Source of the DNA: Candidatus Poribacteria bacterium
Lineage (GTDB): Bacteria; Poribacteria; WGA-4E; WGA-3G
Assembly: GCA_965214095.1 (NCBI GenBank)
Contig: OZ243938.1
Location: 1,760,001 to 1,824,000, forward strand
DNA length: 64,000 nucleotides
Direction of reading: 5' to 3'
How positions within the stretch are numbered: position 1 is the stretch's first letter; each line of letters opens with the position of its first letter. The translations under genes were made by a program, and so were the position numbers. The notes beneath the pieces are model-generated. The model ran no database searches. It was not told the DNA's origin and worked only from the letters and a program-made list of their open reading frames with translations. Below, piece by piece: positions 50,237-59,736 of the stretch.

Positions 50237-50339
50237 TATAGTTGATTTTGAAATTACTTGAACACTCTGCATCGGCGAGGTTAGGAAACCTCGCCTACCA
50301 TGGGAAGAAAGTGTCAACTTATATTTATAATTCACTATA
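50237..50339 (+). repeat. 103-bp TATAGT-shell/REP core A element
   Basis: Near-identical to the 28621 copy. Confidence 0.92.
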
Positions 50340-50367
50340 TAGTTGAAAAAGGTAGGTTTCCAACAAT

Positions 50368-50670
50368 CTATTCAAAGCCGCCGCCATCGAATCCTCCACC
50401 ACCGTCAAAACCACCAGCATCACCGCCGCCATCAAATCCTCCATCACTACCACCAGAATCTGCATCCCCAGAAGTATCATTATCTAACATACTGCCAAGA
50501 ATTAGACCTGTGAAAAGGGCATCTTCCGTATCACTATTGGGGTCAACGGTATCAGCACCATCATTTTGCCTTCTCTTTCTATTCTGAGAGCCTTTATTTA
50601 TTGATTTAACTATAGCAACTAAAATCACGATAAATGCTATTGAGACTAAGAAAAACACAAGAGTTCCCAT
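50368..50670 (-). CDS. small single-TM protein with GGFDGGG-repeat tail
   Basis: RBS AAGGAG, N-terminal TM, basic patch, Gly/Asp/Phe tail. Confidence 0.78.
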   Translation of the reverse strand: MGTLVFFLVSIAFIVILVAIVKSINKGSQNRKRRQNDGADTVDPNSDTEDALFTGLILGSMLDNDTSGDADSGGSDGGFDGGGDAGGFDGGGGFDGGGFE

Positions 50671-50719
50671 TTTTTTCTCCTTTTAAATCTGTTGTTATCA
50701 TTAAGGACAGTAAAGTTTT

Positions 50720-50815
50720 TATAGTAAATTATTGAATTAATTCTACACATTGATCAGGCGAGGTTAGGAAACCTCGCCTACCGTTGATAGAAAGTGTAGA
50801 TATAATTTCACCATA
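50720..50815 (+). repeat. 96-bp diverged TATAGT-shell/REP core A element
   Basis: TATAGT...GGCGAGGTTAGGAAACCTCGCCTACCGT...AAAGTGT...CACCATA. Confidence 0.85.
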
Positions 50816-50912
50816 ATCGTCGAAACCTACCCTACAATGTGTGAAAGGTTTCCGATATTGAGAATTACCAAAAAATAAATTAATTTTCATCAAAGTACAC
50901 CGAACTGTTGTT

Positions 50913-51578
50913 CTACCGCGGGTTAATTCGTTCTGTCATCCATATAGCAACGAACGCCAGTATTGTTGAAATCAGTACTAATCGGTAAGCAGTGATATCA
51001 TCACCCAGCTGCACCGATTGAAAAATTGCCAGTGCAATGGTCTGCGTTTTCCCGGGGATATTCCCGACTACCATCATTGTTGCACCGAACTCCCCAAGAC
51101 TCTTCGAGAATCCAAGAATACCTCCACTTATAATTCCACGATACGCCATCGGTACAGTTATCGTCCAAAAGACTTTGATAGGTGAAGCACCGAGTGTTCG
51201 CGCAGCATCTTCAAGTTCAGATGGCACAGATGCAATTCCTGTCATTATACCTTGAACTAACAACGGGAATGATATTACTGACACAGCAATTACAACAGCG
51301 AATTGTGTAAAAACAATCTCTATATTGAAAAAGTTAGATAATATACTGCCAACAGGTCCATTTTTACCCAATAATATTAGGAGTAGATACCCACTGACTA
51401 CAGGTGGCAGAACCAGTGGTAACATCACTAATGTATTGAGAAATATCTTCCCTGGAAATTCTCGTTTTGCGAGCAGCCATCCTACGAACAGTCCCGGTGG
51501 AAACATTACAACGAGGCTAAGTAAGGCAACTTTTATAGATAGGACAAGAGCAGAAACTTCAGTCGGTGTAATCCTCAT
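50913..51578 (-). CDS. modB: molybdate ABC transporter permease
   Basis: LPLVLPPVVSGY, EDAARTLGAS, SLGEFGAT..GNIPGKTQT. Confidence 0.95.
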   Translation of the reverse strand: MRITPTEVSALVLSIKVALLSLVVMFPPGLFVGWLLAKREFPGKIFLNTLVMLPLVLPPVVSGYLLLILLGKNGPVGSILSNFFNIEIVFTQFAVVIAVSVISFPLLVQGIMTGIASVPSELEDAARTLGASPIKVFWTITVPMAYRGIISGGILGFSKSLGEFGATMMVVGNIPGKTQTIALAIFQSVQLGDDITAYRLVLISTILAFVAIWMTERINPR

Positions 51579-51598
51579 TGTGGTGAATCAGTTCTACG

Positions 51599-52402
51599 TT
51601 ATTTTGCGGATGTAGGAGATAAACATGTAAATCCGTGTTTTTCAAATATCTCTGTAGCAATGGGTTCTTTTAAGAATGTGAGAAATGTTTCTGCCCAATT
51701 TTTATTGTTGCTGTTCTTTAGAATAACTGCGGGATAGACTATTCTTGAATGCGTTTCGTCGGGAAATTTGTATAGAACTCTGACCTTGTTTGTAACTTTT
51801 GTATCGGTTTCATATACAATTGCAATGTCTACATTTCCTGATGTCAGATATGCAAGTGTTGCACGCACATTTGTGCCAAAGATTAGTTTCTGTTTTACCT
51901 TCTCCCACAATCCAAAGTGTTCTAATGCCTCTTTTGCGTAGCTACCAGCAGGAACTATTTCAGGATGTCCCATCGCAATTCGCTTGATAGGTGTATCCTG
52001 TATATTTTTTAGATTCTCCACAGTAATCTCAGTGTCCTTTTGAGATACAGCGACTAAACGGTTTGTCAACACATCCGTTCTGCTGCCATCTTCAAGTAGA
52101 CCGAGTGAATTTAAGGAATCAACCTGAATGGGACTTGCTGAGATGAATACATCTGCTGATGCCCCTTTTTCTATTTGACGTTGAAGCGTTGTAGATGCAG
52201 CCAAGTTATAATGCACACGAATGTCTTGGTGTTCGGTAAATTGTGCTCCAATTTCAGTGAGCGCATCGGATAGACTTATAGCAGCAAAGACATATAACTC
52301 ACGTTGTTTCTGTTTGTCTGATTGGCATCCCGATATACAGCAGAAGATGAGAAGAATTATCAATAGAGAACACGGAAGAGCGTTACGTTGCACTATCTTC
52401 AT
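51599..52402 (-). CDS. modA: molybdate ABC transporter substrate-binding lipoprotein
   Basis: FAAISL, QIEKGA.ADVFISA, VPAG.YA, IVYETD. Confidence 0.93.
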   Translation of the reverse strand: MKIVQRNALPCSLLIILLIFCCISGCQSDKQKQRELYVFAAISLSDALTEIGAQFTEHQDIRVHYNLAASTTLQRQIEKGASADVFISASPIQVDSLNSLGLLEDGSRTDVLTNRLVAVSQKDTEITVENLKNIQDTPIKRIAMGHPEIVPAGSYAKEALEHFGLWEKVKQKLIFGTNVRATLAYLTSGNVDIAIVYETDTKVTNKVRVLYKFPDETHSRIVYPAVILKNSNNKNWAETFLTFLKEPIATEIFEKHGFTCLSPTSAK

Positions 52403-52456
52403 CTCTGAGACCTCATTTCATATAGTCTACCAGAAAATATAACACCTGTCAAGCCT

Positions 52457-52699
52457 AAGGTTATTTAGTTTTGAGTATTTCCAAAATAGAAATTTACTGA
52501 AAGTTAATCCTCAAGACGGTAAGTGCGGTTTCCTAACCGCACTGGAACCCACAAGAATACTGACTATAAAAGGTTTTAGCACAAATTCGCCAGAATACGC
52601 GTGTGGTATTCTGCATTGGTTAGGAAACCGCACCTACCGTCTTGAAACATTTAGCATTTGTGAAAAAAACACAAGATAAACCTAAAACTAAATATCCCT
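52457..52699. repeat. REPIN-like composite: TATTTAGTTTT shell, two inverted REP core F copies and a nested CAGAATAC palindrome
   Basis: TCAAGACGGTAAGTGCGGTTTCCTAACC ... GGTTAGGAAACCGCACCTACCGTCTTGA; outer arms TATTTAGTTTT / AAAACTAAATA. Confidence 0.78.
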
Positions 52700-52718
52700 G
52701 TCAAAACACTCTGCTTTC

Positions 52719-52747
52719 TTGACTACTTATATTCGATGTGGTATAAT
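52719..52747 (+). promoter_or_regulatory. sigma70-type promoter
   Basis: TTGACT-17 bp-TATAAT with extended TG. Confidence 0.75.
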
Positions 52748-52818
52748 AACAACAATATCTATATAGGACAAACCGATAGTGGATTAAAACTTATTATCAG
52801 TAAAGAATAGGAGCAATT

Positions 52819-53190
52819 ATGGCATTTACATTTCATCATATACATCTCAGATGTGAAGACTTGGATGGCGCAATAGAATATTACGAAAAAATGTTTGATG
52901 GAGAAGTCACAGATACCGTTGAGGTCCGCGGATTAACAATCGTGCGGATGGAAGTCGGTGGGGAACGAATATTCCTTTCACCCAAATTTGGTGATATGGA
53001 TGTTGAACCTACAAGTGGCAATCCCCGTTGGGGTGTCTATCAACTCGCTTTTACTGTGGAAGACCTTGACGCTGCAGTCGCTGAACTACAGGAAAAAGGG
53101 GCAGAACTTGAAGATCTAAAACCGGCAGGACTTATGATGGCGTTCTTCAAAGGTCCAGATAACGTCCAGATAGAACTCATTGAAGCATAA
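52819..53190 (+). CDS. VOC/glyoxalase family protein
   Basis: FHHIHLRC, LAFTVEDL, FFKGPDNVQIELIE. Confidence 0.9.
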   Translation: MAFTFHHIHLRCEDLDGAIEYYEKMFDGEVTDTVEVRGLTIVRMEVGGERIFLSPKFGDMDVEPTSGNPRWGVYQLAFTVEDLDAAVAELQEKGAELEDLKPAGLMMAFFKGPDNVQIELIEA

Positions 53191-53243
53191 CGGTTTTCAG
53201 ATATGTGAATCCTTCGCACAGACATAGATTAGGAGACACCTCT

Positions 53244-53924
53244 ATGAAATACAGCGAACTTTTCCATACAATTCAAGGGGAAGGACAACTCATAGGGGTG
53301 CCATCTGTTTTTTTCCGAACAAGTTATTGCAATCTAAGATGTGTTTGGTGCGATACCCCTTATACATCTTGGACTCCTGAGAACAAGGATATTTCTGTTT
53401 CTGATAGCGTTGCAGCTATTTCAAAGTTTGATTGCAGACATGTTGTTATAACAGGAGGAGAACCTTTCATACAAACGAAGGAATTGATTTCACTCTGTAA
53501 AGAATTAGACAAACAAGGACATCATATTACAATAGAAACAAATGCAACGCTTTTCGCTGATGTTGCAGCACATCTCATATCAATGAGTCCTAAGTTACGA
53601 AATTCCAATCCACCAGAAGATAACCGTTTTTTCACACGACATGAACGGGAACGTATCCAACCCGAGGTCATACGCAAGTTTTTAGATGTCTATCCATGCC
53701 AAGTGAAGTTTGTTGTAGATACACCGGAAGATTTAACTGAAATCCAATCTTTGCAGACAGAAATCGGTATTCCATCTGAAACCATTATGTTAATGCCACA
53801 GGGAAAGACTTCAGACATGTTAAATCAGAAGCAGGAATGGTTAGTTGAACTCTGCAAAGAATATGGGTATCGCTATTCACCGCGAGTGCATGTTGATATC
53901 TGGGGTGAAAAACGTGGTGTGTAA
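53244..53924 (+). CDS. queE: 7-carboxy-7-deazaguanine synthase (radical SAM)
   Basis: TIQGEG, CNLRCVWCDT, TGGEP, IETN, SPK, RVH. Confidence 0.9.
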   Translation: MKYSELFHTIQGEGQLIGVPSVFFRTSYCNLRCVWCDTPYTSWTPENKDISVSDSVAAISKFDCRHVVITGGEPFIQTKELISLCKELDKQGHHITIETNATLFADVAAHLISMSPKLRNSNPPEDNRFFTRHERERIQPEVIRKFLDVYPCQVKFVVDTPEDLTEIQSLQTEIGIPSETIMLMPQGKTSDMLNQKQEWLVELCKEYGYRYSPRVHVDIWGEKRGV

Positions 53925-53927
53925 CGC

Positions 53928-55046
53928 ATGAAATATGATATTCTACTTAAAGGTGGGACTGTTATTGATCCCGCACAAGATTTGAATGCTGTTCGTGATA
54001 TAGCAATTGCAGACAGTGTCGTTGTCGCAATTGACAACGATATTCCAAAATCTGAGGCGAAACAGACTATCTCTGCCAAAAATCAATACGTCACACCCGG
54101 TTTGATTGACATCCATACGCATGTCTACTACGGAGTGACCACCTGGGGTATCAAAGCCGATAACGTCTGCCCTATTTCCGGAACAACGACGTTTGTTGAT
54201 GCAGGCAGTGCAAGTTGGGCAACTTTTCCCGGCTTCCGTGAATTCATTGTTGAGCCTGCACTAACGCACATCTTAAACTATATACACATCTCTGGTATTG
54301 GACTTGTCTATGGTCCTGTCGGAGAGATGTTTGATCTTGCTTACGCCGATCCTGACCGTGTCGCTGACACGTTAAAATCTAACCGTGATATTACCGTCGG
54401 TGTAAAAGTGCGACAAGGTAAGGGCCAGGTCGGTGATAACGGTGTAGAACCGTTGAAACTTGCTATCAAAGCAGCCGAACAAGCCGATACACCTGTGATG
54501 TGTCACATTGGACAAGGTGTCCCACTTCCAGATGTGTTGGATTTGATGAGACCCGGTGATGTGATTACACACTGCTTCCAAGGAAATGGAGACAACATCA
54601 TTGACGACAAAGGCAGAATTATCCCTGAAGCTTGGAAAGCACAACAGAACGGCGTCATCTTTGATGTTGGACACGGGGCAGGCAGTTTCAAATATGATGT
54701 TGCACAACGCGCTATGGAGCAAGGATTTATCTCTGATGTTATCAGCACGGACCTACATACTGGCAATATCAACGGACCCGTTTATGACCTACCGACAACG
54801 TTATCAAAATTGATGCATCTGGGATTAACTCTGGAAGAGGTCATAGAAAAAGCCACTTACAATGCCGCTAAAACCATAAAACGCGAAAATCAACTTGGAA
54901 ATCTTAAAATCGGAACGACTGCAGATGTCGCAGTTTTGGAACTGCTTGAAGGGGAATTTGAATTCTACGATGCACACGATACAAAGTTTGTTGGCACTCA
55001 AAAAATAAATCCTGTTTTGACAATCCGTGAGGGGAAAATACTTTAG
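53928..55046 (+). CDS. amidohydrolase/deacetylase-family metallohydrolase (dihydroorotase-like)
   Basis: PGLIDIHTH, DAGS, GVKVR, GDVITH, DVGHG.GSF, ISTDLH. Confidence 0.88.
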   Translation: MKYDILLKGGTVIDPAQDLNAVRDIAIADSVVVAIDNDIPKSEAKQTISAKNQYVTPGLIDIHTHVYYGVTTWGIKADNVCPISGTTTFVDAGSASWATFPGFREFIVEPALTHILNYIHISGIGLVYGPVGEMFDLAYADPDRVADTLKSNRDITVGVKVRQGKGQVGDNGVEPLKLAIKAAEQADTPVMCHIGQGVPLPDVLDLMRPGDVITHCFQGNGDNIIDDKGRIIPEAWKAQQNGVIFDVGHGAGSFKYDVAQRAMEQGFISDVISTDLHTGNINGPVYDLPTTLSKLMHLGLTLEEVIEKATYNAAKTIKRENQLGNLKIGTTADVAVLELLEGEFEFYDAHDTKFVGTQKINPVLTIREGKIL

Positions 55047-55454
55047 ATGTCACTCATAGCACAAAAGATCAGCGGCTGTTACCGACGTGTTCTAATCTTT
55101 TTATTTATATCTATCATTGTATGTGCTGGACTTGGTGTATTAGCTTATAACCTTCTTGGTGGTGCAGAAGGTCTACGCTACTGGACAGCAACCCGAGCAT
55201 TAAATGGTACGGAAAAACACCTGTTAACACACCGTCCAGATGGTATTCCGCAAGAAAGTGTTATAGAGCAATTTGAAACTGTGCGACAGGCAATTCGCAT
55301 TCGAGAGATCGACTTGGACTCCTTATATCAGTTGATCAAGTCATATCAAGACAAATTCTATATACCGGGATTGTCAGTAAAAATAAAACCATCAACACCA
55401 GAGATTGAAGAATTTCTATTGCAACTAAATCAAACGATTATATCTGAAGAATAG
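55047..55454 (+). CDS. hypothetical single-TM protein
   Basis: Abuts the previous stop; N-terminal hydrophobic helix. Confidence 0.65.
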   Translation: MSLIAQKISGCYRRVLIFLFISIIVCAGLGVLAYNLLGGAEGLRYWTATRALNGTEKHLLTHRPDGIPQESVIEQFETVRQAIRIREIDLDSLYQLIKSYQDKFYIPGLSVKIKPSTPEIEEFLLQLNQTIISEE

Positions 55455-55477
55455 GTGTCGTGCGGACTTTGCTGACA

Positions 55478-56548
55478 TTAAATGTCGTCGTGAAAATCCC
55501 GGATCATTTTACGGATATGGTTCGTCACCTCATCATCGCTTAGTTCCATATTAATAATTAGCGAAATTGCGTGTTGATATCTGGAATGAAGGTCACCCCA
55601 TGCTTCTGCCAAAATCTGATTTTCTTGAACTTCAGGTCTCGCAGTTGCTTCTAATATCCTATGCACAACAGACAAATAAAAAAGCAGATGATGTCCATCA
55701 ACCCGTGCAGCAACATCTGACACTGAACATTTTTCCCGATGCTGAACTACCCATTCGGCATACGTTTCAACTAATTCGCGATTCAATAGAGATACAAAAT
55801 TTGCTCCATACTGATGTGCACCAAGGCTGTTAAAATACTGAACTAACCGTCGTTCCTGCCAATCCCAACCGATACTTGCAAAATCAATGAAGTATGGAAG
55901 TCCAGCGTCAATAACGATATTGCGTGCTTGGCAGTCAAGACTGTCTAATGTAAGAGGTGCTTCAAGTAGCCGATTAGTAAGGGATGTCCAAAGTGTATCA
56001 AAACTCTCTAATTGTGATGAAGTGAGTGGAGTTTTACACAGTTGTTGCAGATAGCCGACTGTTTTTCTTCCCCGATCAAGTAAACCTTGCAAAGTTTCCT
56101 TGACGTTAAAGTGGAACACGTAAGGTATGAAAAGGTCACAATTTTCAGAAAACACAGTTTCAATTCTGCAAAGAACATTTAAGATAGTGTTTAGCTCAGG
56201 TTGCATACTTGATGCAAGGCTGCGCTGGGCAAAAGAATCGAGTGTATGTTCACCGCGCCATTCCAATAATAATGCATGGTTCTTTTCAGAATGCCAAATA
56301 ACATTCGGGACAAGACATCCAGTTTTGTATAGGGTTGATAATGTGAACTTCTCAATCTGAAAAGGAGTGAAACCGGATTCGGTTACTGGTACTGTAATCT
56401 CGTATTGTTTTAACAAATAACGTTTTACTCGGATATTCAGACGGTGGACATTTTGCTTTACTATATTTCCGTGCCGAATCTTATCCACCACAATTTCATT
56501 TGGATGAATTTGAAAATGTGATGCTATCATATTCAAAAGTTTTGGCAT
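55478..56548 (-). CDS. APH/choline-kinase-like phosphotransferase family protein
   Basis: LLKQY, VPNVI..LLLE, DCQARNI, FIDF; RBS AAGGAG. Confidence 0.65.
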   Translation of the reverse strand: MPKLLNMIASHFQIHPNEIVVDKIRHGNIVKQNVHRLNIRVKRYLLKQYEITVPVTESGFTPFQIEKFTLSTLYKTGCLVPNVIWHSEKNHALLLEWRGEHTLDSFAQRSLASSMQPELNTILNVLCRIETVFSENCDLFIPYVFHFNVKETLQGLLDRGRKTVGYLQQLCKTPLTSSQLESFDTLWTSLTNRLLEAPLTLDSLDCQARNIVIDAGLPYFIDFASIGWDWQERRLVQYFNSLGAHQYGANFVSLLNRELVETYAEWVVQHREKCSVSDVAARVDGHHLLFYLSVVHRILEATARPEVQENQILAEAWGDLHSRYQHAISLIINMELSDDEVTNHIRKMIRDFHDDI

Positions 56549-57651
56549 TTTCTTCTCCTTATCTTCTGCAATAGACGTTCATACAGATATTGTGTTGATT
56601 CATTTTTCTGAATTGAAATTTTTTTTCTAATTTTGCACCCTTTTCACCTCAAAATTGTGTCATGTATAATCGTAAACCAGATTAAGGCAGAGGTTAATGA
56701 TGGAAAAAGACGATGTCCAACTTATAAATAAAATATTATCTGGCGATCACACAGCGTTTAATACTTTATTCCAAAAATACCAAAAGAGTATTCACGCTAT
56801 TGCATGGCAAAAAATCGGGGATTATCACATTGCGGAAGAAATCACACAAGATGTTTTCCTACAGGCTTATGAGAAACTGTCCACACTAAAAGACCCGAAC
56901 AAGTTTTCTAGATGGATTTACATTATCGCAAAGCGACAATGTGCAAACTGGCACCAAAGAGAGAAAAACACCATGGAATCCTTGGAAGCCACCGATGAAG
57001 CAATCTTAGAGAAATCAGCTTATGTAAACTATGTCGCAGAGCAGCGAGAAAAGGCAGCAACAGAGCACCGACGAGAAGTTGTTGATATGCTTCTGGAAAA
57101 ATTACCAGAGCGCGAACGTAAAGTGATAACACTTTATTACCTTGGTGAAATGACATCCGAAGCGATAAGCAAATTTCTTGGTGTGTCAGTCAACACAATA
57201 AAAAGCCGACTTAGAAGGGCACGACAACGTTTACAGGAGCAAGAACTTATACAAGAAACTCCTGGGAACATCCAACCATCTGCTAACTTATCCAATTATA
57301 GAGCCAATATGAGTATGTCTTCTCAAAACGTCAATAATAATCAAAATAGAAGGAGTAAATCAGTGAGTGAAAGAAAAGAAATCACCACCTATCCATTCAT
57401 AGTTGAATGCTTTGAACGAACCAAATTTAGAGGGAAAAAAGTAACTATACTTCATACGGTTGAGAACCTACAAATTTTTCTGGATCGTGCTGGGTTTGAA
57501 GACAGTATCGCATCAGTGCGGATAATTAGAGGTCCAGGTTGTCCGCGAGAAGGCGGGGAAGTTACGTTTTTTGGAAACCCTAAATTTACAGGTGTCACTT
57601 TACCATGTGACATTGGACCGGATATAATTGTGTCAGAGATACCTGATTATA

Positions 57652-58616
57652 AGGGAACTCATAGCGAGTAACATCTAAGCATCGTTGAAAGTTGCTCGAA
57701 AATTTATCATTGAATATGCTAAATTACGAAAACCTAAACGTGTTTCTTTGAGTTTATCATAACTTAGAACGAGTCTTCGGTAAGTATCTTGCCACCCGAA
57801 AGTTCGCTCTACTTTATACCGGTCTTTGTATATATCTTTTCTAAACCACCGGAACTTGCGAGCGATAGCGATAGGTTCTTTAGTGTTTCGTTTGTTAGGG
57901 TAGATCACTGGGATCAGTCCTTGTTCTTTAATAATCTTATGATTCACCTTGGAATCAAAACCAGAATCCAGCGTTAGCGCGGAACCATCAAGTGCCATGC
58001 CAATCCGATTGCTGAAGGAGATGAGTTCGGTCAATGCCTCGGGCAAAATCGTTGTATCATGTTGGTTCACTGGTTTGAGGGTTATTGGACCAATGATAAA
58101 ACCTTTATTGTCGGTGATAGCCACCTCTTTTTCACCTTTTTGATGTTTATGACCTGAATACCCTATGGTGTCACCCCTTTTTTTACAACAGTGTTTGAAC
58201 CATCACCATGTAAACAAGAGGTGTCAAGTTGATCACTATCATGAAGATGTATGACAGATGCTTCAAAAAGTTTCTCATAAGAACCATCTTTTGACCAACG
58301 ATTATGCCATTTATAGACGTTAGACCAATGGAGTTCATTACGCCGTGTGCGGAGTTGATCCCATTGAATACCGGTATGTAAAACATAGAGGATATAGTTG
58401 AATATCTTATAGAAAGACAGTTTCGGTTTGGGACCTTTTATGCGTTTCTTTAGATGAGGTTTGATATAACGATTAAAATCCTTACGTGAAACCTGCTTCG
58501 GAATACCATTGTATCTGAGGGGCTCTTGAACCTTGTCTGCCATAACAACACCTTTCAATAAGTTATAGATATATGAAGTGAAAGAATAGGACATAAATAA
58601 ACTCTTGTGTTTCCCT
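57652..58616 (-). mobile_element. IS5-family insertion sequence (two-ORF frameshift type), 965 bp
   Basis: Ends AGGGAACTCATAGCGAGT / ACTCTTGTGTTTCCCT (imperfect IR); ATTATA direct repeat at 57646-57651 and 58617-58622. Confidence 0.88.
57675..58543 (-). CDS. IS5-family DDE transposase via -1 frameshift
   Basis: OrfA ILYVLHTGIQW..W..DG; slippery A7GGGG at 58174-58184; OrfB LDSGFD, RYKVERTFGW...RRL. Confidence 0.85.
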
Positions 58617-59097
58617 ATTATATAGCATTATTATGTTTTACTCAATATGAGTTCAGGCTCAAATTTTATCAATCCAGATAAATGTAAATCCACCTATACA
58701 GAACAGTGATGAATTACAACATAGTAAACAGGAAAGTCAAAAAATCGACATCTATCCATTCATTGTTGAATGTTTTGAACAAACCAAATTTAGAGGCAAA
58801 AAAGCATGCTTCGTTCAAACGACAGAGAACCTTCACGAAAGTCTGGAACGTTCTGGGTTTGAAGACCGTATATCGTCTATGCGGATATACAAAGGCACTG
58901 ATTGTCCTCCTGATGGCGGAGAAGTTTTGTTTTATGAAAAACCCAATTTTACAGGGCATTTCTTACCTATCCACCTGGAACCGAAATCATTAATGAAAGA
59001 GATACCCGACTTTAATAAGGCAATTCTCTCAATTAAGATGGTATGTTAGTATTCTTTAGGACAATTAATCAAGACAAAATATAATAGATCACTCACA

Positions 59098-59430
59098 GTG
59101 ATTACGCAACGAACAAAGGATAATAGGGTGAACATAGTGAAAAAAGATGTTTCAATAGAAAACTGGTTGGTCAGAGGAACAGTTTTCATCCTGATCTTCA
59201 CAATTGGATGTTTTGTATGGTTCCAATACCAGATGTCTACGGTTGAACGATATGATAGCACTTACAAAGTAGAAACACATCACATTGATGAATCATCACA
59301 AACTGGACAGAATGAAATAATACATATAGAAATTGATGATGGTGTGGAACAGGATACAACTCGGAACAATAGTTCTGATACTGAAGAAATTGACGATATA
59401 GACTCGGAACAAAACCTTGATAAATCATAG
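59098..59430 (+). CDS. hypothetical single-TM protein with acidic tail, possibly truncated
   Basis: One TM then Asp/Glu-rich low complexity; start uncertain. Confidence 0.4.
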   Translation: MITQRTKDNRVNIVKKDVSIENWLVRGTVFILIFTIGCFVWFQYQMSTVERYDSTYKVETHHIDESSQTGQNEIIHIEIDDGVEQDTTRNNSSDTEEIDDIDSEQNLDKS

Positions 59431-59524
59431 AGTAGAAAAACTAAAGTAAGGAAACCGTACCAGAAATGCCCTTTTAGCGAATAAACCATGCACACATTGT
59501 ATTGCGGGTCTTTGTGCCCCGTCT

Positions 59525-59705
59525 TTGTCTGAACCAGGATTTTCAGGATTGGTAGATTTCCAGGATTAGAGTCTGAGCAAACAAAGTGCCGTTGTCATAA
59601 TAAGTTTTTCTGTTGCTATCAGACTTATTTTTTATAGCGAGAATGCCACATAGATGAGGCGTAATCGTGTGAATCCTATGCTCCTGTAAATCCTAGTTGA
59701 GACAA
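59525..59705. repeat. MITE-like element with TTGTCT termini and internal AGGATT iterations
   Basis: TTGTCTGAACCAGGATTTTCAGGA ... TCCTGTAAATCCTAGTTGAGACAA. Confidence 0.7.
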
Positions 59706-59736
59706 GTGACAAAAACTTTACACCACCCATTTAATT

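Larger units (their letters stand above)
56697..59049 (+). pseudogene. ECF sigma factor fused to two beta/gamma-crystallin-like domains, interrupted by an IS and frameshifts (current ORF 56697-57671)
   Basis: Sigma2/sigma4 motifs; domain 1 YPFIVECFERTKFRG..FEDSIASVRI..FGNPKFTG; paralogous domain 2 at ~58750-59049 YPFIVECFEQTKFRG/FEDRISSMRI..YEKPNFTG. Confidence 0.8.

Noticed and set aside
17989-50815. CRISPR repeats or integron attC sites
   Set aside because: Copies are dispersed with no regular spacers, lack terminal RYYYAAC/GTTRRRY cores, and there is no cas or intI gene.
52403-52818. ModE box or Moco riboswitch before modA; preQ1 riboswitch before queE
   Set aside because: No convincing match by eye; the structure present is explained by the REP composite. 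An Rfam scan would settle it.
58163-58184. IS transposase as a frameshifted pseudogene
   Set aside because: The A7GGGG junction is typical of programmed -1 frameshifting in two-ORF IS5-family elements.
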